A stretch of 64,000 bases of DNA, from the IMG/VR virus record IMGVR_UViG_3300025159_000001; one strand, written 5' to 3'. The notes beneath the pieces are model-generated. The model worked only from the letters and a program-made list of their open reading frames with translations. It made no database searches and was not told the origin of the DNA. The stretch's first letter is position 1, and each line of letters opens with the position of its first letter. This stretch comes from an uncultured virus (IMG/VR IMGVR_UViG_3300025159_000001) (lineage: Duplodnaviria; Heunggongvirae; Uroviricota; Caudoviricetes). Both the position numbers and the translations under genes were made by a program. Shown here in pieces: positions 58,101 to 64,000 of this stretch.

Positions 58101-60296
58101 AAAGATATACTTTCAGATAATCAAACTATATATACTAGAGGTAAAGATTCTCTTGCGCAAGGCCAAGCCACCTTCACACAAGCCCAAGCGCAGGAGGAAA
58201 AAAACCAGCCTGTCTATTTAAAAGGACAGGCAGAAACTTCTAACAATCAAGAAATTTATCTGATTGGACAAACAACCACATCGGATAACCAAGTTATCTT
58301 TTTACAAGGTGCAGAAGGAGCTACAAATAACCAAGCTATTTATTTGAAAGGTAGTGCAGTTGCTTCAAATAACCAAGAAATATTTTTATCTGGTAGAAAT
58401 TCTGAAACTAATAGCCAACCTTGTTATCTATCAGGTAGAGACTCCCTTTCTAATAATCAAAGTATATTTCTTGTAGGCAAGCAAGAAATAAGTGATAACC
58501 AACCCGCCTATCTAGAAGGACAATCCTCACAAACTGCTAATCAAACTATTTATCTTGTTGGAAAAGCAGTTATTACAGATTCTCAATCTATATACCTAAT
58601 AGGTAAAGCAAGTGATACAGCATCACAAGAAATCTATTTAGCTGGCGGAATAGATGTTATTAATAACCAACCTGTTTATCTAACTGGTAAAAATACGTCT
58701 ATTGCTAATCAACCAATTTATATAGAGGGTGAGGGAGGTATCACAGCCTCACGAAGCATATATCTAAAAGGTAAAGATACTCATACAGATAACCAACCTA
58801 TTTACTTGGTTGGTGGTATCATTGTATCTGAATCACAATCTATTTACCTAGCTGGTAAAGATTCTGAGGATAGCAGCCAGGCTCTGTATCTAAAAGGTAA
58901 GGCCTCTGAAATAGATAACCAACCCGTCTACTTAATAGGTAGGAATGAGATTCTCTCTAGCCAGCCTATTTATCTTAGAAGTAGTGCTGAGATTTCAGAT
59001 AATCAAGAGATATATCTGAGAGGTTCTATAGAAACAACAAACAGTCAAATTATTTATTTGACAGGTGGACAAATTGTTGTTAATAATCAAAATATTTATC
59101 TTACGGGCAAAGATAGCATTAGTAATAACCTCCCTATATATGCTAATGTTGAAGGCAGTATAACAGCTAATCAAGCTATCTACTTAATTGGTAAAAATAC
59201 CGCCTCAAATAATCAGAATGTTTACCTGACTGGTAAAATACAAATAGAAGCCTCCCAAGAGATTTTTATCAAAGGCCGGGCTACAGAACAAAATAACCAA
59301 CCTATTTACTCTATAGGAAAAGATACAGAAACTCAAACACAAGCTATATACTTAGCAGGAAAAGCAGAGAGTTCTAACCCACAATCTATATTCTTATATG
59401 GTAAAGACTCTTCTACTGATAATCAAACTATATACTTAACAGGTAGGGCAGATATTCAAGCCAACCAGCCTATATATTTGGTTGGTGGGATTATTGTACA
59501 GAATAATCAAACTATTTATCTACATGGACAAAATAGTGTAACAGATAGTCAAAGTATTTATCTTGTATCTGGAAATCTTACCTCTGATAACCAACCCATT
59601 TACTTAAAAGGTATAGACACTTCTATAAATAATCAGCCAATATATTCGGCTGGTAAAGACATTGTTCAAAATAGTCAACCAATCTACCTGAATAGTTCGT
59701 TAGAAGCTACAGCTACTCAACCAATATATCTATCTGGTAAAGATATATCTGTAGATACTCAAAATATTTACTTAGTTGGTAAAGAAAGTATCACCAATAA
59801 CCAAGCTATCTACTTAATTGGTCAAGTTGCTATAGAAAATAACCAACCCATTTACTTGACGGGTGCTGGAATTGCTATTTCTGATAACCAGGTAATTTAT
59901 TTATCTGGTAAAAATGATCTTCAAGATAATATACCAATTTACTTAATAGGTTCGTCAGAAATATCTTCTACACAAGATATATATCTAACTGGTTCTTTCT
60001 CCTCAGAAAATAGCCTATCTATCTATCTAACTGGTATTGAAACTATTCAAAGCTCTCAACCTATCTTTGTAGTAGGTTCATTAACAATTACAGATTCTAT
60101 CCCCATATATCTTGATACGAGAGTTTTAGTTATTGCTAATCAACCCATATATCTGAAAGGTACGGCTGTTTTTACAAAAATAATTAGTTTAAAAGGCAGT
60201 TTCAAAGAGAATATAAATCTATCTGGTATATTTACAGAATCTACAGAATTAAAGGGAAGATTTTCTCAATATAAAACTCTAAAAGGGAGTGAATAA
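55158..60296 (+). CDS. 1712-aa repetitive virion fibre-like protein (13-aa repeats)
   Basis: Roughly 110 tandem copies (estimated from length) of xx(D/N)NQPIYLxGKx after a ~170-aa N-terminal domain. Confidence 0.75.
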   Translation: MPTTGALLPQSAVTASESPWSDNDWVNPNNIFGAGEAEVTAATFDAGDQTFVLKAYNFNFSSIPDGATILGVRCIINAREAVAPGLIDLVQLLDINGAKVGTNLAATPVDLTTSAADYTFGSSTNKWGNELTTAWVKDADFGVAIGMLAGGTGNNNVDVFCDYVTLEVFYSIAITDNQPIYIKGKSSITDNQPIFLKGKDQSTDNQPIYLGGKLSISDNQPIFLSGIATISDNQSIYSKGRANIVDNQPIFVVTEEVPYSPVDTGLLDTWITNRVWPDIAIKTGSTGDVDTWITNRLWPDIYVVGEEAMPTANQPIYLKGKAAISDNQPVYLAGGIVETDNQSVFLKGQAEQTDNQPVYLTGQDSHTDNQPVYLAGSLDITDNQPIYLAGKAEQSNNQPVYLSGKNTEQANQGIYLSGKASITDNQSIYTAGKDTETDNQPIYIRGQDTEAANQPIFLSGKDSSTNNLSIFLAGKASLSDTQPIYLSGSAEATNNQPVYLQGKNSESNNQPIFLTGVDTQTDTQHIYLAGSLDITDNQAIYLAGREEQSNSQPIFTRGKQSEQNNQPIFLAGKDEATANQPIYLEGESAAVEISDNQSIYLRGSAEESASQAIYLSGRAVETDNQPAFLQGKASITENQEIYLAGSVQIQNNQLIYLAGKQTTSAVQPVFLQGKSSITDNQPVYLLGKATEQASQSIFLNGQASLTDSQEIFLAGRNTEANNQAIYLAGKAEIQNNQPVYLGGQESEINNQSIYLAGQSSLTETQPVYLAGKDTETNNQPIFLHGQAIEQANQPVFLNAEDTAINSQPIYLHGKASEANNQPIFIIGESALSNTQSIYLAGVDTHTDVQPIYLTGGIIVTETQSVYLVGKASETDNQSIFLSGKIELSFSQSIYLNGNAEISNNRAIYTRGKASTSDSQDIYLSGGIIVQNNQIIYLKGSAEIIDNQVIYTSGKDSIADNQTCYLKGQNVQTNNQPIYLVGKDILSDNQTIYTRGKDSLAQGQATFTQAQAQEEKNQPVYLKGQAETSNNQEIYLIGQTTTSDNQVIFLQGAEGATNNQAIYLKGSAVASNNQEIFLSGRNSETNSQPCYLSGRDSLSNNQSIFLVGKQEISDNQPAYLEGQSSQTANQTIYLVGKAVITDSQSIYLIGKASDTASQEIYLAGGIDVINNQPVYLTGKNTSIANQPIYIEGEGGITASRSIYLKGKDTHTDNQPIYLVGGIIVSESQSIYLAGKDSEDSSQALYLKGKASEIDNQPVYLIGRNEILSSQPIYLRSSAEISDNQEIYLRGSIETTNSQIIYLTGGQIVVNNQNIYLTGKDSISNNLPIYANVEGSITANQAIYLIGKNTASNNQNVYLTGKIQIEASQEIFIKGRATEQNNQPIYSIGKDTETQTQAIYLAGKAESSNPQSIFLYGKDSSTDNQTIYLTGRADIQANQPIYLVGGIIVQNNQTIYLHGQNSVTDSQSIYLVSGNLTSDNQPIYLKGIDTSINNQPIYSAGKDIVQNSQPIYLNSSLEATATQPIYLSGKDISVDTQNIYLVGKESITNNQAIYLIGQVAIENNQPIYLTGAGIAISDNQVIYLSGKNDLQDNIPIYLIGSSEISSTQDIYLTGSFSSENSLSIYLTGIETIQSSQPIFVVGSLTITDSIPIYLDTRVLVIANQPIYLKGTAVFTKIISLKGSFKENINLSGIFTESTELKGRFSQYKTLKGSE

Positions 60297-60343
60297 TTAA
60301 AAAAAATTGCAGGTTTTGTGTATAATTAAGTATAGGAGACAAT

Positions 60344-60688
60344 ATGACAGAGGAACAACAGAATTTTGAAATATACTCTGGAGATACTAATAATATATTA
60401 ATAACTGTTACAAATCTAGAAACCAATGAGCCTAAGGATTTAGATGGTAGTTCTATAGAATGGATTTTATATGATCCTTATTCTGGAGAAGTTTTAATGA
60501 CAAAAACTACAACTAGCGGCGTATCAATTTTAGGCTCTGGAATTTTTGCAGTTATGCTCCTTCCTGAAGATTCTCTTCTAATTCCTCCAGCAGTTTGGTA
60601 TATGCATGAGGCTGAAGTCACAGATTCTCTTGGAATTATTAGTACAGTTACTACAGGATATGTTAGAGTAAAAGGAAGTAAAATATAA
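60344..60688 (+). CDS. BppU-N-like Ig-fold virion protein
   Basis: IYSGDT..I.ITV...P.DLDG pattern. Confidence 0.55.
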   Translation: MTEEQQNFEIYSGDTNNILITVTNLETNEPKDLDGSSIEWILYDPYSGEVLMTKTTTSGVSILGSGIFAVMLLPEDSLLIPPAVWYMHEAEVTDSLGIISTVTTGYVRVKGSKI

Positions 60689-61197
60689 TGGCTACTGTAG
60701 ATATTAGTTATTTAGTACCGCATCTAAGATTATTTATTGGAGACATTTCTCCAGCAACTTACAGATATATTGATGAGTGGCTATTAGTAGCATTAAAGGC
60801 TAGTGTAAAAGTTTTAGGCAGTTGGTGGCCGGATAGAAATAAATATCTAATAGATGAAAGTGGATTAGTTTATAGAAATACTTTAGTAAGTTTTCCAGAA
60901 GCTGAACCTCCTGTTATCCTGCCTGATGATGAAAGACCTATAATTGTGATGGCAACAATTATAATTTTAGAAGGAAGTCTAGAAAATACTGCTTGGAATC
61001 TAGTTTCCTGGAGAGATAATGAAATAGCCTTTTCTAATTTAGAAAGTGGTAGGATGAAAGATAGAAATATAACAAGACTTTGGAATGAACTGTTATATCT
61101 AATAAATCCTCCAACTAAAAAACTTGCCAGAGCTATAAAAAGTAGTTTACCAGGTTATCTAACTAATCCATACGAACGTTCTTTAACAGACCCATAA
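60688..61197 (+). CDS. Putative head-tail adaptor protein
   Basis: LRLFIGD...Y.DE.L pattern; structural block. Confidence 0.45.
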   Translation: MATVDISYLVPHLRLFIGDISPATYRYIDEWLLVALKASVKVLGSWWPDRNKYLIDESGLVYRNTLVSFPEAEPPVILPDDERPIIVMATIIILEGSLENTAWNLVSWRDNEIAFSNLESGRMKDRNITRLWNELLYLINPPTKKLARAIKSSLPGYLTNPYERSLTDP

Positions 61198-61220
61198 AAA
61201 AATAAATAAAGGAAAAAAGG

Positions 61221-63443
61221 ATGCAAAATATATTTTGGATTTCAGATGGAATAGCCAAAACAGGTTTCAGTACGGTAGCAATGAATATAATTAAAAATAT
61301 GCCCAAAGATAGGTATGATGTACATCATTTAGCAATAAATTACTATGGTGATCCGCATACTTATGATTGGAAGATATATCCAGCAGCTATAAAAAATGAT
61401 TTACTAGGATTTAATAGAGTTAAAGATTTTTTACAAGCACCTTTGGATGGAATTTTTATTCTCAATGATGTTTGGGTAATTGATAGATATTTAAAATTGA
61501 TTGAAGAGTTTTATGGAGAAAATCCTCCTCCTCCAATTATTGTTTACTTTCCCATAGATTCTATGTTTTTAGACCCTGAATGGTTTTCAAGATTTCACTT
61601 AGTTAAAAAAGCTTTTACTTATACAAACTTTGGAAAAAATGAAATAGACAGACTAAATTTAAAAGAGTTAGATGTTGGAATAATTCCTCATGGTGTAGAT
61701 TTAAAATCTTTTTATAAAATAGATAAACTCTCAGCTAGAGAAGTTGTTTTTAAAGAAAATTTTGAAGAATTTAAAGACGCTTTTGTAGTATTAAATGCAA
61801 ATAGAAACCAACCTAGAAAAAGAATTGACTTAACAATAGAAGGTTTTTCTAGATTTGTCAAGAATAAACCTAATGATAATATAAAACTTTATTTACATAT
61901 GGGCATAAAAGATGTAGGTTGGGATATTGTTAAATTAAGTGCTAGATTGGGGGTGGATGAAAGATTGATTTTATCTGGTAGCAATATCGGTTCTCCTAAT
62001 ATATCAGAAGAGGTTCTAAATCTTATATATAACTCCGCTGACGTGGGTATAAACACTTGTTATTTACCTGGAACTAAAGTTTTAACTGAGAATGGAAGTA
62101 AAAATATAGAAGAGATTGCTCCAGGAGAAAAGGTATTTTCCCATTTAGGAATATTAAGAGATGTGAAAAAGACCTTTAAATTTAGTAAAAATGACGAAGA
62201 GGTTCTTAAAATCACTCCTTACGGAATTTTACCTCTTACTCTAACTAAAAATCATAAGCTATATTCTATATTACCCCCATATCTCAGATTAAACAGAAAG
62301 TATAAGAAAATTCTTTTGGAAAATTTAGAGCCAGATTTTATAGAGAGTAAATATTTAATGGAAGGTTCTTTACTAACTTTCCCAATAATTAAAGATGAGA
62401 AAATTTCTATAGGCACTAAAACAGCCTTTATTTATGGAGCATTTTTAGCCGAAGGATCTACCAACAAGAGTGGGCTTGTTTTCTCCTTAGATTCGAGAAT
62501 ATATGATGATGAACTAAGAAATGAGATTATTTCTTGTATGAAGGAAGTTTATAGTCTCGAACCTCATATTTCAAATATGGATAGAAATAGACAAAATATT
62601 TATTTTTATTCATCCAAATTGAGCAAAGAATTTAGAGAAAAACTCGGCCCTAATGCCCACAATAAAAAACTTCCTAATGAATTACTTTTTATGAAAAGAG
62701 ATGAAAAATTAGCCCTTCTTAGGGGAGCAATTTTAGGGGATGGAAGTTTCGATCATACCACAATATCCTATACAACAGTTTCAGAAGAGCTGGCTTTACA
62801 AATTTGGTTTATTTTAACTACCCTTGGAGGTATAGCACCGAGCATTAATAAACGAAGTCGAGGCGAATTCGTTGTTAGAGTTTATGGAAATAGTTCTATA
62901 AACTTAGCTAAAGAATGTAATATAATAAATAAAAGTAAAAAATTGGTTCAAGAAAAGAAACAGCAGAGGCCAAAAATTATAGTTACTGAGGACTTCTTGT
63001 ACTACCCCATAAGAAAAATAGAAAAAATTAATTACACCGGCCTTGTCTATGACTTAGAGGTAGATGGAGAACATTCTTATGTTTCACACGTGTCTGGACA
63101 TAATTCTGTTGGTGAAGGTTGGGGATTAGTAAACCATGAACATGCAGTAACTGGCGCACCTCAAATAGTGCCAGCACATTCAGCGTTATTAGAATTATAT
63201 AGAGATAACGGAATCTTAATTCCTATAGATAAATGGGTTTTCAATAAAGATCCATTAACATTAGGTGGAGAAGTTAGGGCAGAAGACGTGGCTATAGCTT
63301 TAGAAAGTATCTATCAAAATAGAGATACTCTATATAACAGACTATCTGAGAAAACCCTTAATAAGTTCGCTGCACCTGAATATGATTGGAAAAATATAGT
63401 AGAGAAATATTGGCTACCGGCTTTTGAGGAAATATGGAAATAA
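61221..63443 (+). CDS. Glycosyltransferase family 4 (GT-B) with intein
   Basis: TGFS, IPHGVD, NRNQPRKR, YNSADV and [intein]SVGEGWGL..HEH motifs. Confidence 0.85.
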   Translation: MQNIFWISDGIAKTGFSTVAMNIIKNMPKDRYDVHHLAINYYGDPHTYDWKIYPAAIKNDLLGFNRVKDFLQAPLDGIFILNDVWVIDRYLKLIEEFYGENPPPPIIVYFPIDSMFLDPEWFSRFHLVKKAFTYTNFGKNEIDRLNLKELDVGIIPHGVDLKSFYKIDKLSAREVVFKENFEEFKDAFVVLNANRNQPRKRIDLTIEGFSRFVKNKPNDNIKLYLHMGIKDVGWDIVKLSARLGVDERLILSGSNIGSPNISEEVLNLIYNSADVGINTCYLPGTKVLTENGSKNIEEIAPGEKVFSHLGILRDVKKTFKFSKNDEEVLKITPYGILPLTLTKNHKLYSILPPYLRLNRKYKKILLENLEPDFIESKYLMEGSLLTFPIIKDEKISIGTKTAFIYGAFLAEGSTNKSGLVFSLDSRIYDDELRNEIISCMKEVYSLEPHISNMDRNRQNIYFYSSKLSKEFREKLGPNAHNKKLPNELLFMKRDEKLALLRGAILGDGSFDHTTISYTTVSEELALQIWFILTTLGGIAPSINKRSRGEFVVRVYGNSSINLAKECNIINKSKKLVQEKKQQRPKIIVTEDFLYYPIRKIEKINYTGLVYDLEVDGEHSYVSHVSGHNSVGEGWGLVNHEHAVTGAPQIVPAHSALLELYRDNGILIPIDKWVFNKDPLTLGGEVRAEDVAIALESIYQNRDTLYNRLSEKTLNKFAAPEYDWKNIVEKYWLPAFEEIWK
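62058..63104 (+). mobile_element. Intein (349 aa) with LAGLIDADG endonuclease, in the GT4 gene
   Basis: Starts CYLPGTKV, block B LTKNHKLY, LAGLIDADG-like GAFLAEGS and RGAILGDGS, block F VYDLEVDGEHSY, ends GHN before Ser. Confidence 0.9.
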
Positions 63444-63877
63444 CTTGGCCTGAGAATACTAAAGATGTTACAGATAAAATTAGAGAAGCTATTGGCAGAG
63501 ATGTCACATTTGTAATTGTAGCTTCTTCCAATCCTTGTACAGTATGTTCCTTAGATCCTGTAACAAACACTTCCACAGATTCGTTTTGTCTCGTTTGTTC
63601 TGGAGACTATTGGATACCAGTTTATGAAGATGAAATTGTCAATGCACACATAACTTGGGGTGGTGTAGACCAACTAGGTTGGGTAACTGGTGGACAATTA
63701 TTTGAAGGAGATTGCAGGATAGGAATATCGTATTCGCAAGAAAATCTAAATATTATAGATAAAACAGAATATGTTGTAGTAGATGGTAGAATTCTACAGA
63801 TAAAGAATAAAATATTCAGAGGTGTACCAGAAATTAATAGGATATTGATAAACTTTATTGAAAAAGGTAAGGAGTAA
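63434..63877 (+). CDS. Putative neck / head-closure protein
   Basis: CTVC...CLVC.G motif followed by a beta-rich body. Confidence 0.45.
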   Translation: MEITWPENTKDVTDKIREAIGRDVTFVIVASSNPCTVCSLDPVTNTSTDSFCLVCSGDYWIPVYEDEIVNAHITWGGVDQLGWVTGGQLFEGDCRIGISYSQENLNIIDKTEYVVVDGRILQIKNKIFRGVPEINRILINFIEKGKE

Positions 63878-64000
63878 TAAGGAAATGGAAAATTTAGGAG
63901 AAGATGGCAGAATTAAAAAATCTGGTGTAATTATCCAAGGTTTTGATATATTGGATGTTACAAAATATATAGCTAGAGCAAGTAAAAGAAAACAGGCAAC

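Noticed and set aside
55670..60170. 39-nt periodic DNA repeats as a CRISPR array or DGR target
   Set aside because: The repeats are in-frame coding units with synonymous divergence; no reverse transcriptase or adenine-specific TR/VR pair was seen.
1..64000. Stop-codon reassignment (alternative genetic code)
   Set aside because: Core genes (polA, dnaB, terminase, capsid) are full length under the standard code, and TAA, TAG and TGA all act as stops.

Overview
This window is a 64-kb segment of a large, AT-rich tailed-phage genome (about 28-30% GC by eye) with three transcriptional blocks. No integrase, rRNA or CRISPR array is visible. Block 1 (+ strand, ~190-15630) holds accessory genes: a DUF2828/TROVE-like vWA protein, a phiEco32-type peptide-ligase cluster (amidoligase, Ntn-GATase, ATP-grasp, COOH-NH2 ligase, peptidase C26) with a RuvB-like ATPase inside it, and a DRB0094/Rnl5 RNA ligase. 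Block 2 (- strand, ~15880-38250) holds replication and nucleotide-metabolism genes: family A DNA polymerase, RecA, SSB, DnaB, resolvase, primase, four DNA methyltransferases, dUTPase, GMP reductase/IMPDH, ClpP and NrdJ with an HNH-bearing intein. It also carries tRNA-Thr and several unannotated structured RNAs. Block 3 (+ strand, 38400-end) holds a GC-rich, host-like peptide deformylase, an 8-gene glycan-modification cluster, terminase, portal, protease/scaffold, capsid, a 1712-aa protein of 13-residue repeats and an intein-containing glycosyltransferase. The most striking unexplained signals are non-coding. The first is a promoter-driven RNA cassette at 25960-26420: three stem-ACAGCAA-hairpin-stem repeats displaying tRNA-like loops, plus a 186-nt tRNA-like RNA with a large insert in place of the anticodon loop. 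It is a candidate partner of the DUF2828 protein and RNA ligase. The second is a ~370-nt multi-pseudoknot RNA at the strand switch (37875-38250). All family assignments come from motif recognition only; no database searches were run.
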